Positions 33,101 to 42,900 of a stretch of DNA of 64,000 nt are shown here, piece after piece; the stretch's first letter is position 1, and the number at the start of each line of letters is the position of its first letter. Below the pieces are notes generated by a model. That model had not been told where the DNA came from and ran no database searches. It worked only from the letters and a program-made list of their open reading frames with translations. A program made the translations under genes and the position numbers. Source of the DNA: Naegleria gruberi (lineage: Eukaryota); the NCBI GenBank assembly GCA_000004985.1, contig GG738909.1; one strand, given 5' to 3'.

Positions 33101-33319
33101 AAGAAATGGTTCGGGGAGATAGGCGTGATAGAGGATTCAAAGATAGTCCAATGGAGCAAAGAGAGTCTTTTAGAAACAGCAGCAACAAGACGAAATTCAA
33201 GAGTATTATTTTATTTTACCTCCACATTCACCTCTATCATTGAAAAGGACATACAAAGCAACTTGGGTGCTACGTTAGAACGATTAAAACACACACGAGA
33301 GTTTAAGATGAAAGTTTAA
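30140..33319 (+). CDS. Multidomain receptor-like protein: signal peptide, trypsin-like serine protease domain, RCC1-like repeats, 7-TM region, C-terminal RGS-like domain.
   Basis: The likely start is MKPITLWLICAFLISIVHG, a signal peptide. Protease hallmarks: CGGSILNERFILTAAHCF (His), DLRIVDL (candidate Asp), CPGDSGSPVF (Ser). RCC1-type repeats: LYLWGRGNQYQLGNG, VYEWGTL, LYFWGKNQYGEGG, VYSWGYNEQSLLGTG, VYGWGINKF. Seven hydrophobic helices lie between VCYFVSLALNIIFFCLGLICI and VIVLQPIFFIFSMGGLACAIEFI. The tail RLFELLKQYAKRELTFENVVLHEKIQE...EVNRDFFSTFSKYEVSI fits an RGS-box pattern. Confidence 0.7.
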   Translation: MQKRKQYQFLILVVFILIHSYVKKMKPITLWLICAFLISIVHGSLKIYNGEPVNEHIPFIVSLKIPNDLCGGSILNERFILTAAHCFWFAKECEDIIVGAGSNILDAPLQQRKTPFHRDQYVPPTFDAKGKCLFSDLRIVDLGAGNELIFDGTVSPALLDTNGPTVGASVTFAGWGIRNENSPHSQKLFKTTEIIQDYKTCPITDENFLHCTPNESSGQFCAWNEKSISCPGDSGSPVFYVANDKSKIVTGVVSATTAYEKKTCLQPGQKDLHTSVAKHTNWIIEYTNQNTLCKFSKCYFDYIYLKDGWGRMDDHFLFWRENPSQDDSLTNPKIIKMNPSEGVMPILRKLRPTKGKFALGISASNRLYLWGRGNQYQLGNGKNSDILHPTVHNFVLENILDACGGYSHSLALSTDGKVYEWGTLADAIKKTPTVVVFPNNDKIKSISCGHSHNLAVSQDMKRLYFWGKNQYGEGGNIKGACASNPKAFIERPILISIDNNDFTIISICAGDSTSYEVTSKGHVYSWGYNEQSLLGTGISSICIGIPTKISVENAERMYCGDQMCFVKAVNNVYGWGINKFNEIDESGLPIISPIITNIESASDITIGNDFVLYKISDSWYGKGNNYMVSGPSNFNKGVDIECTNYYCFVFGQSVKLRIDVTVCYFVSLALNIIFFCLGLICIKKRSTKMRLYTPCVFPFLMLCLRIYQIYFKFKYNQNYGLFESGLGDYEILLILFSLYTPVVLRNSILVNLTEYLEKVVNRFTIRLWKIFTSELLFIGFILLAFFGMACPIFLNLKDRRIVIIAIIIFFFIMNILLQYVIPFIQFCLHIKRRKSIINFFDFDDPLHLRKEYLSAFLTVVVNLSFGFILTPFSVIWQVNVIVLQPIFFIFSMGGLACAIEFINNFRKISNASLNEVLIIPRLFELLKQYAKRELTFENVVLHEKIQEIREMVDEREVFEKLKEVNRDFFSTFSKYEVSISKNSKTNLKKWFGEIGVIEDSKIVQWSKESLLETAATRRNSRVLFYFTSTFTSIIEKDIQSNLGATLERLKHTREFKMKV

Positions 33320-33337
33320 GCCTATCAGAATAAATAC

Positions 33338-34639
33338 TTATTTATTTGCCTTTCCTATAATTTCTGTAAACTTTTTAAACATTGTTACAACCTCAATGTC
33401 ATGATTATATTTCAAGAAGGCTGATGGATTCATAGCAATTTCATTAATTGCATTTACAAGTCTTGGATTTTGAAATCCTCTCATTAAATATTCATCTCCA
33501 GAAACAAGTTTCATTACATGTGGATTGACAAAGTTTGGGACATGTCCAGATGTGGAAGCACTACCATTATTAGAACTGTTACTATTGGTTGGTTTAGAAG
33601 AACTATTTGAACTAGTGGAAGATGATGTTGTAGAAGATTTTTGAGTTGTTTGTGAATAGGTTGTGCTTGATTGTTGTTGTTGGGGTGGAGTACTTTGTTT
33701 AGTAGTAGCTGTATTAGAAGTAGTAGTAGTTGGGTTTTCCTCCTTCTTTTCCACACTTCTGATATCATTAATTTGATCAATTAATTTATCAACCTTATCC
33801 ATATTAGAAATATCACTATTTAACTGTTTAAACATTTCCAAATCCTTCTTTGCCAAATCAACCTTCCCAAGAGCTAATAAAGCTTTTCCTCTCAAATTGT
33901 AAGCTTTTCCAGCATCTGGATTGAGTTTAATTGCTTGATCACAATCTCTCCTCACACTCAATGGTTTGTTCATCATTGCTAAACATTCAGCTCTCTTAAT
34001 AAATGTCATTGCAGATTCTCCATTTGAACATTCAATTGCTTTTCCATAATAAATTGCAGCTAATTGATATTCATTCTTTTTGAAAAGGTCATTTCCTTTC
34101 TTTGTACATTCATTGGCCACTTTCATATCCTTTTCCTTTACATTTGATGTTGAATCTGACATGTTCATTATACTCATATATTTTGAATCACTGTTTGTGA
34201 GTACAGTCTCCTTTTCAGGTTCAATTATTTTCTCCTTAGTTGCTGTTGGTTCAGAAATGAGAGGAATCTTTGGTGAGTTAGAAGTTTCCTCTACATAACC
34301 ATTATTAATTGCCGTAGACTCTCTAACATTGGTCATTTCCTTCATTACATTCTTTTCCTCAACTGGAGGTTTGTTCTCCTTTTTATCATTAGTGACTTGT
34401 TGATCATCAATTTCCAAAATCAGTGATTTAGTTTTTACTTCCTTAATTAAAAATCCTTCAGGTTCCTCTTCTTCTTGTAGTTCCTCTTTGAATTGTTCTT
34501 GTTCCGATGATGAATTAATTATTGTTGATGATGAAGGTGATGATACATTATTTACAAAAGGAGTTGAAACGAATTTGGTTGCTCCACAATCATTAATCAG
34601 AAAATCCTTAAAGAAAGCTAACTCTTCACTATCATCCAA
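33338..34639 (-). CDS. Hsc70-interacting protein (Hip/ST13-like) with TPR repeats and a C-terminal STI1/DP domain.
   Basis: TPR repeats: GNDLFKKNEYQLAAIYYGKAIE...RAECLAMMNKPLSVRRDCDQAIKLNPDAGKAYNLRGKALLALGK. A central charged/T,S,Q-rich region follows. The C-terminus GFQNPRLVNAINEIAMNPSAFLKYNHDIEVVTMFKKF matches the Hip STI1 (DP) module. Confidence 0.7.
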   Translation of the reverse strand: MDDSEELAFFKDFLINDCGATKFVSTPFVNNVSSPSSSTIINSSSEQEQFKEELQEEEEPEGFLIKEVKTKSLILEIDDQQVTNDKKENKPPVEEKNVMKEMTNVRESTAINNGYVEETSNSPKIPLISEPTATKEKIIEPEKETVLTNSDSKYMSIMNMSDSTSNVKEKDMKVANECTKKGNDLFKKNEYQLAAIYYGKAIECSNGESAMTFIKRAECLAMMNKPLSVRRDCDQAIKLNPDAGKAYNLRGKALLALGKVDLAKKDLEMFKQLNSDISNMDKVDKLIDQINDIRSVEKKEENPTTTTSNTATTKQSTPPQQQQSSTTYSQTTQKSSTTSSSTSSNSSSKPTNSNSSNNGSASTSGHVPNFVNPHVMKLVSGDEYLMRGFQNPRLVNAINEIAMNPSAFLKYNHDIEVVTMFKKFTEIIGKANK

Positions 34640-35011
34640 AACTCTAGGATTGTATTTAATATACTATTATTATATTAGTTACGCTTATAATGAAATGAAA
34701 TATATAAATACAACAAACCTTTACAAATTGCTTCAAGGAATCTAGTTGTGAGACTGAAAACTTGATACCCTCCATTATGTTACTTCTTTTTTTAGGCTTT
34801 GAAAATCATTCTCTTCATACAACAAACAACTGATGTTCTTATAAATAATACAAAATGACTCTAAGATAACAACTAGATTAAAGTACATCAAACTACTCCC
34901 TACACTAGAATAATTCGGCTCCTAACTTGTAATCTCGATATCTCAGGAGAGTCTATTAGATTCAAAATATTCAAAAAAAAGCCGTTACACTAAAAGAACT
35001 ATTTCATCATC

Positions 35012-36526
35012 ATGAGTGATAGTAATAATAGTCATCATCATCGTAGTAGTAGTGAAAAGAGATCATACCATCATGATGGTGGTTATAATAATTATGGAAA
35101 TTCAAGAAGTGGATCATCATCATATAGGAGACGAAATTACAAGAAACAAAAATATCAAAACTACTCCGATTCTTCTTCTTACACAAATAATAGTACAAAT
35201 TCATCATCTAATGATGATAATAATGGATCATCTAATAACAATACTAATACATCATCATCATCATATTCAACAGGAGGAGGAAACTATTATAATAATGAAA
35301 ATTATATTTCAAAATATCCATTTGCCATACGGAATGTAACAGATTATATTAATCAACTATCATCTTCAAATACATCATCATCATCAGATAATTTAAATAC
35401 CACCAATGATAATAATAATAATAATACTACCACCTCCTCTTCCACCAATAATAATAATTTAGATAATAATTTAAATAATAATTTAAATAATAATAATTTA
35501 GATAATAATAATTTAGATAATAATTTAAATAATTCAAGTCAAAATGTAATTAGAAATTATTTTTCCAATTCTAAGAAGTATCGTAAAATTCCCAAAGGTT
35601 GGCCACAAGTAACACCCTTATTTGGAGAATTAATACCCAATACTAAATTTATTCCACTTAAATGTCCATTAAGTCCACAATATTTTAAATATCCAAATAA
35701 TTCATCCATTTCATTAATACAAGAACATTTTAATACCAAATATGAACAAGATATTGGATTAATAATTGATTTATGTTGTGTTGAATTTTATAAAAAGAAT
35801 GATTTACCTTTAAATATGAAATATTTATCATATTATATGAATATTCATGATTTAAATAAGAATTTAAATGTAAAATTATTTACAGAACAAATGGATACAA
35901 TTGTAAATGATATTGATTTATATATTTCTAATAATCCTACTAAATATATTTTAATTCATTGTACACATGGTTTAAATAGAACTGGTTTTGTAATTTGTTA
36001 TTATTTATTAAAAAAGAAAATTATTGAAAATGTTGAACAAGCAATTGAAATATTTAAAATTCATAGAATGACACGTACTGGTTTATATAATCCTTTTTTT
36101 ATTGATTTACTTTTTGAAATGTTTGATCAAACTAATTCTGAAATGTATCAATTAATGAAATATCCAGATCCAATTCAACATTCACGTAAATCTATTAGAA
36201 AGGAATTTTATAAACCATGGTTAAAAAGAAATAATCATTTAGAATGTTTTAAACATTATCATATTTTAAAATCAATTAATTTATTAAATAAGAATGATAA
36301 TAAGGATGATAAGGATGATAAGGATAGGAATGATAATAGAGATGATAATAGAGATGATAATAATGATAATAATGATAATGAAGAAGGAACGAAGAAGAAT
36401 ATTTCAAAAACAGATAATGATGATTCAAGTACAAGATTATCAGATGATTTAGATTCACTTAACAGTGATAAGGAAGAAGAAGAAGATTTGGAAGAAATTG
36501 ATGATGAGGAAATGACAAGAAAATAG
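35012..36526 (+). CDS. RNA/RNP 5'-phosphatase of the capping-enzyme triphosphatase / DUSP11 (PIR1)-like Cys-phosphatase family.
   Basis: The catalytic P-loop ILIHCTHGLNRTGFVICYYLL matches Mce1/DUSP11 HCTHG(F/L)NRTG. The N-terminus is S/N/H-rich. The C-terminus has acidic (DKDD/NRDD)n repeats. No guanylyltransferase domain is present. Confidence 0.7.
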   Translation: MSDSNNSHHHRSSSEKRSYHHDGGYNNYGNSRSGSSSYRRRNYKKQKYQNYSDSSSYTNNSTNSSSNDDNNGSSNNNTNTSSSSYSTGGGNYYNNENYISKYPFAIRNVTDYINQLSSSNTSSSSDNLNTTNDNNNNNTTTSSSTNNNNLDNNLNNNLNNNNLDNNNLDNNLNNSSQNVIRNYFSNSKKYRKIPKGWPQVTPLFGELIPNTKFIPLKCPLSPQYFKYPNNSSISLIQEHFNTKYEQDIGLIIDLCCVEFYKKNDLPLNMKYLSYYMNIHDLNKNLNVKLFTEQMDTIVNDIDLYISNNPTKYILIHCTHGLNRTGFVICYYLLKKKIIENVEQAIEIFKIHRMTRTGLYNPFFIDLLFEMFDQTNSEMYQLMKYPDPIQHSRKSIRKEFYKPWLKRNNHLECFKHYHILKSINLLNKNDNKDDKDDKDRNDNRDDNRDDNNDNNDNEEGTKKNISKTDNDDSSTRLSDDLDSLNSDKEEEEDLEEIDDEEMTRK

Positions 36527-36667
36527 AAATTTAAAGAGGAATAATCTCTATTGCAATTTCAAAAAAAAAGAAACTCGAAAATTTTATAGAATTTCAACAA
36601 CAGTTTTATCACAAACATTTAAAATGTTTTCTAATCCTCTTATTGTCAATATATTTAAATTAAATGG

Positions 36668-37699
36668 TTAAATATTTAAATTTGTTGGAAGTATATAATC
36701 TCCACTGTATCCTTCTTCACCTGTTCCTGCTGTTATTGTAATTATTTCATTATTTAAATCTATCATTTTAATTTGATGATTATCAGTATCAGCAATATAT
36801 AATATATTATTAATTGTTACAAAACAACCAAGTGGTGAATTTAATTCTTTGACCACTGCTGTATTAATTAATCCTGTTTTTAAATCAATTTTTCTAATTG
36901 AATTATTATCTCTATCTGCAATATATAAATTATTATTATTATCAAAACAAATATAAGCAGGGTAATTGAGTAAATTGTTAAAAGCATGATGATCATATTC
37001 ATTATTACCATTCTTACCATCAATACCTGCAACTTTCCATAATTTACCATTTTTATCAATCTTTCTTATGGTATGATTAGAAAATTCTGAAAAGTATAAT
37101 TCATCATCTTTTGATATTGCAATTCCATATGGACAGTTAATTTGTGAATTTAAGGCTAATGAACCATTTTCACTTTCTCCACTTGAACCATTTCCTACAA
37201 TAGTTTCTATTAAACCATTATCATCATCATCATTTAATGAAACTTTTCTAATTGCATGATTATCTCTATCAGCAATATATAAATAATTTCCATCATTTGA
37301 TAAACATATTCCACGTGGTGAATTTAAAAAAGAATTAATTGCTAAATTACCATCACCTACAAGTCCATAATCTCCACATCCAACAATGGTTGATATTATT
37401 CCATTATTATCAATTTTTCTAATTCTATTATTTCCCAAATCTGAGAAATATACATTTCCATTCCTATGATTAACAATAACACATACAGGTTTATTAATTG
37501 TAGCTTGTGTTGCCTTAATATTATCACCATTAAATCCTGCTTCACCTGTACCTGCAATAGTAATAATATTACCATTAATTATTTTTCTAATACAATGATT
37601 TTCTGTATCAGCAATATATACCTCATCACACTGATTCATATCTTGCTCACTATGAACAAAAACACTGAAAGGACGATTTAACTTTGCCTTAGTAGCCAT
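36668..37699 (-). CDS. NHL-repeat beta-propeller protein.
   Basis: Six repeats of the form Y(I/F)AD.DN..IRKI: YIADTENHCIRKI, YFSDLGNNRIRKI, YIADRDNHAIRKV, YFSEFSNHTIRKI, YIADRDNNSIRKI, YIADTDNHQIKMI. Confidence 0.75.
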   Translation of the reverse strand: MATKAKLNRPFSVFVHSEQDMNQCDEVYIADTENHCIRKIINGNIITIAGTGEAGFNGDNIKATQATINKPVCVIVNHRNGNVYFSDLGNNRIRKIDNNGIISTIVGCGDYGLVGDGNLAINSFLNSPRGICLSNDGNYLYIADRDNHAIRKVSLNDDDDNGLIETIVGNGSSGESENGSLALNSQINCPYGIAISKDDELYFSEFSNHTIRKIDKNGKLWKVAGIDGKNGNNEYDHHAFNNLLNYPAYICFDNNNNLYIADRDNNSIRKIDLKTGLINTAVVKELNSPLGCFVTINNILYIADTDNHQIKMIDLNNEIITITAGTGEEGYSGDYILPTNLNI

Positions 37700-37947
37700 T
37701 TTTTTTTTATTTTCTTAATTCATCATCATTTAGAGTGATTTGTATAAATAAAGTATTGATGATTAATAATAATTTTGTAAAAGAATATTTTATTGTTAAT
37801 TTGAACACATTTTAATTTTCAATCATTTGAAGAGAATCAATCTTAAAATCAAAACAATTTTTTCTAAACTGGAGAAAAACACCAATAAAACATGATTACA
37901 ATCAATTTCAAATTAGCACTTCCAAAGTTCATATCATTTAAAAAAAA

Positions 37948-38802
37948 ATGCAATTAGATGAATTGTGTATTTATAAAATTTATTCCTATCTAACACCAAG
38001 TGATTTATCTACAAGTGTTAGTAGTGTATGTAAAAGATGGTATGAAATGTCAATAGATAATGAATTATGGAGATATCATTGTTATTTAACTTTTTCAAAA
38101 CAATCAAAACAATTAAATAGAAAAAAATTAAAATCATCAAATAATAATTCAAAAAATATTAACAATACAACCAATAATAATAATAATAATATTAATACAA
38201 ATAATAATAGTAAAAAACAATTATCATTGGAAGAATTTACTGAATCAATTAAATCATCAAATGAATTATCTAATAATTCTAATAATAATATAAATGGTAA
38301 TAATAATGAAATATTAAATTTAAATTATTATAAAACAATATATTATCAAAAAAAACATGTTAAAGAATTAATTTGTATTAAAAAAGGAAGTTTAGGTAAA
38401 CCTAGTGATATTGTAATTGATGATGATATTTATATTTTAGAATTTAATAAATTAAATAATACTAAAAAAGGAAAATTAGAATTTACAATTAAAGAAAATG
38501 TTAATGAAGATTATTTAAATGAAATTTGTTTTTATAGAGATTTAATTTGTGTAACTGAATATAATAATACATTTATAGTAATTAATTGTTGTCAACCTCT
38601 TCATAAACAAACAAGAAAAAATCGTTCAAGTTATAAAATTATTACTAAATATGTATTTAAAAAAAATACAATTGAAAATTTTAAAAATAATTTAGAAAAT
38701 ACATGGGAATTTAAATTATTTAAAAATTCAAATATTAATATTTTTAAATGTTATAAAAATATTGAAATGTCAGGTCAATCTATTTTAATTAAAAATAAAT
38801 AA
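37948..38802 (+). CDS. F-box-like protein, N-rich.
   Basis: N-terminus LDELCIYKIYSYLTPSDLSTSVSSVCKRWYEMSIDNELWRYHC is F-box-like (LP..., CK.W). Long poly-N tracts follow. Confidence 0.5.
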   Translation: MQLDELCIYKIYSYLTPSDLSTSVSSVCKRWYEMSIDNELWRYHCYLTFSKQSKQLNRKKLKSSNNNSKNINNTTNNNNNNINTNNNSKKQLSLEEFTESIKSSNELSNNSNNNINGNNNEILNLNYYKTIYYQKKHVKELICIKKGSLGKPSDIVIDDDIYILEFNKLNNTKKGKLEFTIKENVNEDYLNEICFYRDLICVTEYNNTFIVINCCQPLHKQTRKNRSSYKIITKYVFKKNTIENFKNNLENTWEFKLFKNSNINIFKCYKNIEMSGQSILIKNK

Positions 38803-38839
38803 ATTATTAAAAATAAAATTAATAAAATAAAAAATAATT

Positions 38840-39355
38840 TTATAATAAAGTATAAGTTGGCACTTGTGGTTCAAAATCTTGATTTGTAATTTCTTCTTTA
38901 ACACTTGTATCAATATATTGAATATGTAAAACAATTCTTTGATTTTCTTGTGTAATATGATATGGATTTGTTTGTGAAATTAAATCAGACTGATTAGACA
39001 TTAAAATTTTAACAATTTTAGCCTTGCACAATGAATTATTCTTTAAATTTTTATAAATACTTGCTAAGAATACACCAACTCTATCACCAATAACACCATT
39101 ATGATTTACATTATATACTTTATATTCAAATAATGGTTGATTAATTTCTATTATATCATTCTCTTTAACAAATAATTGTAATATTGAACATCCTAATGGT
39201 ACTTGTTGTTTTTTAATCCATGTTCTATATATTTGTTTATTATTATCAGTTGTTGTTGATGTAGTTGTTGATAAAGATGAAGACGAGGATGATTCAATCT
39301 CCGAAGTTGTTGTTGATGATTCACTACTACTGTTGTTATCAGATGATGAAGACAT
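38840..39355 (-). CDS. Hypothetical protein (171 aa) with an S/T-rich N-terminus.
   Basis: ORF with Dictyostelium-like composition. A small beta-rich C-terminal region (GCSILQLFVKENDIIEINQPLFEYKV) is weakly like a lipoyl/biotinyl-type hybrid motif. The domain call is not secure. Confidence 0.35.
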   Translation of the reverse strand: MSSSSDNNSSSESSTTTSEIESSSSSSLSTTTSTTTDNNKQIYRTWIKKQQVPLGCSILQLFVKENDIIEINQPLFEYKVYNVNHNGVIGDRVGVFLASIYKNLKNNSLCKAKIVKILMSNQSDLISQTNPYHITQENQRIVLHIQYIDTSVKEEITNQDFEPQVPTYTLL

Positions 39356-39910
39356 TTTTTAATAATAGTCTATTTTCATAACATATTTGATACTTTCTAA
39401 TAATAATGTAATTATAATGATAAATAAAATTATTAGCTATTGATAAGCCATTAAAAAGTGTTTGTGAACAACAAGTTCGTTTCAGAATAATTCCTATGAG
39501 AAGAAGTAAATAGTCATAATGCAAGTTCATCCATCATCATAACAGTGAAATAAATAATGGTCCGATGGTGTGCAATCTTCAACCTGGCCGCTTAATTTCT
39601 TCACATCAAAAGTTTCATTGTAATCTTTGCAATATCTCCACCTTCTCCTTGAAGCTCACCTCATGCGGCCATTTAGCTCTTGCAACCTTGCTGAGACTTT
39701 TCACTGGAAAATTCATTAACGCTTTTAATAAAGTGGCGCCAAACTTCAAAATCTAATCAAAAAAAAACAAAATCTAATTTATTATCGCATCAATCACATT
39801 GTTGCAAATTGTATCACACAACAGTTGTTTTTTTGATCAAACACACCACTTGCAGCTGTAACAATAACAAATATATAATTTGTGTATAATATTAAAATAC
39901 AGAGAGGAGT

Positions 39911-42900
39911 GTGAAAAAGATGACTAGAGGTAGACCTAAAAAAGTTAAACAAGTTGTCATTGAACCTGAAGAACATTCAGATGAAGAAATGACTGATCAA
40001 CAACAACAACAACAAACATCAACAATTCCATCATCATCTTCAGTTGCTACTAGTAGTACACCACCTACTGAAGAAGTTAATGTTTCTAATGATGATCAAA
40101 AAAAGGAAAATGACAACAAGAAGGAAAATACTAGTGTTAAATCAGAGAGACCTACTAGAAAATCTAAAGAAACTGCTAAGCGTATTATCCATAAAGCAAT
40201 TAAACCTAAGGACAAATCTGCTACTACTACCACCACTTCTACTAGTGATGCTGAGGAAGAAGAACATGATGAAAAGGAGGAGGAAAAGGAAGAAAAGGAT
40301 GATGAAGAAGAAGAAGAACCAAAATATGCTCCTCGTGTTTCTATTGCAACACAAAAGAGAAAGGCCAAATTAGAAAAACTTTCAAAGAAGAGAGGTAAAA
40401 AAGTTGAACTTTCAGCTGAAGAGGAAGAATCTGAAGAATCTGAAAGTGAAAGTGATAATGATGATAAAAAGAAAAAGAAGAAGAAAGCTGCCACTAAAAA
40501 GAAGGAAAAAAAGCCAAAGAAGGAAACTAAAAAATCCACCACTTCCAAAAAGAAGAAGAAGAAAAAGGATGATGATGATGAAGATCTTCATACTTCTGAA
40601 GGTGATAGTGAACAAGAAAAGAAGAAGAAGAAGAGAAAGACTTCCAAATCATCATCATCAACTAAAACTAAAAAGCCTAAAAAGATTAAACCTGGCATGT
40701 GTCAATTAGATGATGATATATTGAAAGCTATTAAGAAATGTAATGATGATCCATTTATTGATACATCAAATGAATTGAATACATTTGTTTCACCTGTTAG
40801 AACTAGTAAGGAAGGTTTTCGTGCATTACAAACAAATAATTATGAATTGTTAAAGAAGGTATTACAAGATGAAAAACATGTTAATAATCCATTCATTCAA
40901 AGATCAATTGATAATGATTGGAATATAATTGATTATGCTATACGTTCAAATGATATTAAGGCATTAGATTTAATATTTGATGAAATTAATAGTACTACAG
41001 GTATTTCTCGTTCACGTGTTTCACAATCACATTCAATTCAAACAATTGAAACTGGATTTGCATCAAAGAGAACTTATGGACGTGCAGTTAGAAATGTTAA
41101 TGTTTCACGTGGTGGACGTGAAGGTATTGATGTTGCATTTGCTAAAGATTCAGAAGATTATTCAACTTTTAATTCATATAATAGTTACGCATTAATACAA
41201 GATGCTATTAAGAGAAGTGTTACATGTAGAGATGTTAAAATTGAAACTATTGATTATTTAATTGTAAAGAAGGGATTATCTACATTTGGTGAAGATGTTT
41301 TTTATGCTGCTATTGAATCTGGTAATGTTCCAATTGCATTACATTTAGCAAAGAAATTGAATGAACAAGATGGATTTGGTTTAAATCATTTACATGTTGA
41401 AAGTTTAGAAAAAGATGGTTCATCTGATTTTACTTCCTATAAGAGTGTTTCAATTACAAAGAAGGCAATTGCTAATGATGTTACACCTGTTCATTGTTCT
41501 GCTTTAAATCCAAATACAAAATATTTAAAGGAATTAGTTGAAGGTAATTCAGATGGATGTGCTGTTCTTGATAGATATCAGAGAAGACCAATTCATTTTG
41601 CTGCCTGTTCTTCTACAAGTGATAATATCAAATATTTATTAGAGAAGGGTTCAAATATTATTGAAAAGGATTCTCAAAAAAGAACACCACTTCATTATGC
41701 TGCTAAATATGGTCATTCACAAAATATTGAAATTCTATGTCCAAAAGATTCCAAGAATGGTAGTATTAAGGATAAATTTGGATATTCACCATTACATTTA
41801 GCAGCATGGTATAATCAAATTGATGTTTGTAAAAAATTAATTGAATGTGGTACAAATGTTGATTTAGCAGCTAAATTAAAAGAAACACCACTCATGTCAG
41901 CTTGTAAAAGAGGTAATTTAGAATTAATGAAAGTATTAATTGAAAAGGGTGCTAAAATTGAAAAATTATGTACCAGAAAGAAATCATTATTAATGTATGC
42001 AGCTATGAATGGATATTATGATATTGTAAAATATTTATTAGAAAAGGGAATGGATCCAAATCATAAGGATTCAGCTGGTAATTCTGTTATTCATTATGCA
42101 GTTGCTTATGGTTGGTTTGAAATTGTTAAATTACTTTTAGTTGCAGGTGCTGATTTACATGCATTAAATTCATGGAAATATTCACCATTGAATATTGCAA
42201 TGTTAAAATCACATTATGGTATAACTGAATTTATTTTAAATGATAAATTAGTTGATTTAAATTTAAAAGATTCAGAAGGTTATACATTAATTCATAAATT
42301 AATGTCAAAATTAGATGAACAAAATTTTAATCAAATTAAATATTTGATAAAAGAAAAGAAGGATAGAATTGATTTAACTATTAAGGGACCAAATGATACT
42401 TCTCTATTCCATTATATTACAGGTTATCAATCTAAATATGATATTGAATTAGCTAAATTATTTATTGAATCTAAATTACATTATGATGATATTGATGCAA
42501 ATGGTATTACACCACTCATGAAGGCATTTAATCATTCAAATATTAAAATGATTAAATTCCTATTAGAACAAGGTTCAAAAGTTAGATGTCAAAAACATGA
42601 AGAAAATATTTTACATTTGGTTTTAAAACAAGTTCATCAAAGAGATTTAAATAGATTATTTATGGTTATTTATGATAATATGGTTACTAATAAGAAGATT
42701 TATTCTAATAATATTAATAATATTAATAATACAAATAATACAACTAGTAGTAGTAGTATTGGTAGTAGTGGTGGTGGTAGTATGATAGATGAAGATGAAG
42801 ATCATCTCAATACATCTACCATTTCCAATGTACAATCTATCAATGATAATAATGATAATATTACAGATTCTGAACAATTATTCTATAAAATGGCTAATAC

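Noticed and set aside
33514-33780. Antisense or alternate-frame ORFs overlapping the Hip, lipase, RasGEF and SNF2 genes (e.g. 33514-33780 -, 49538-49750 -, 55785-56165 +).
   Set aside because: They sit inside strongly supported domain-bearing CDSs, have low-complexity or poly-hydrophobic translations, and have no independent start context.
34640-34778. Upstream ATG (MEGIKFSVSQLDSLKQF…) as a spliced first exon of the Hip gene.
   Set aside because: No GT…AG combination joins it in frame to MDDSEEL…. The annotated start, MDDSEELAFFKDFL, already resembles the Hip N-terminus, so I treat the upstream ATG as coincidental.
40044-40709. Several 60-150 aa ORFs on both strands inside the PARP 5' region (e.g. 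40096-40548 -, 40404-40709 +).
   Set aside because: They lie within K/E/S low-complexity coding repeats of the PARP gene. Their peptides (poly-F, poly-L, poly-K/R) are mirror artefacts of those repeats.
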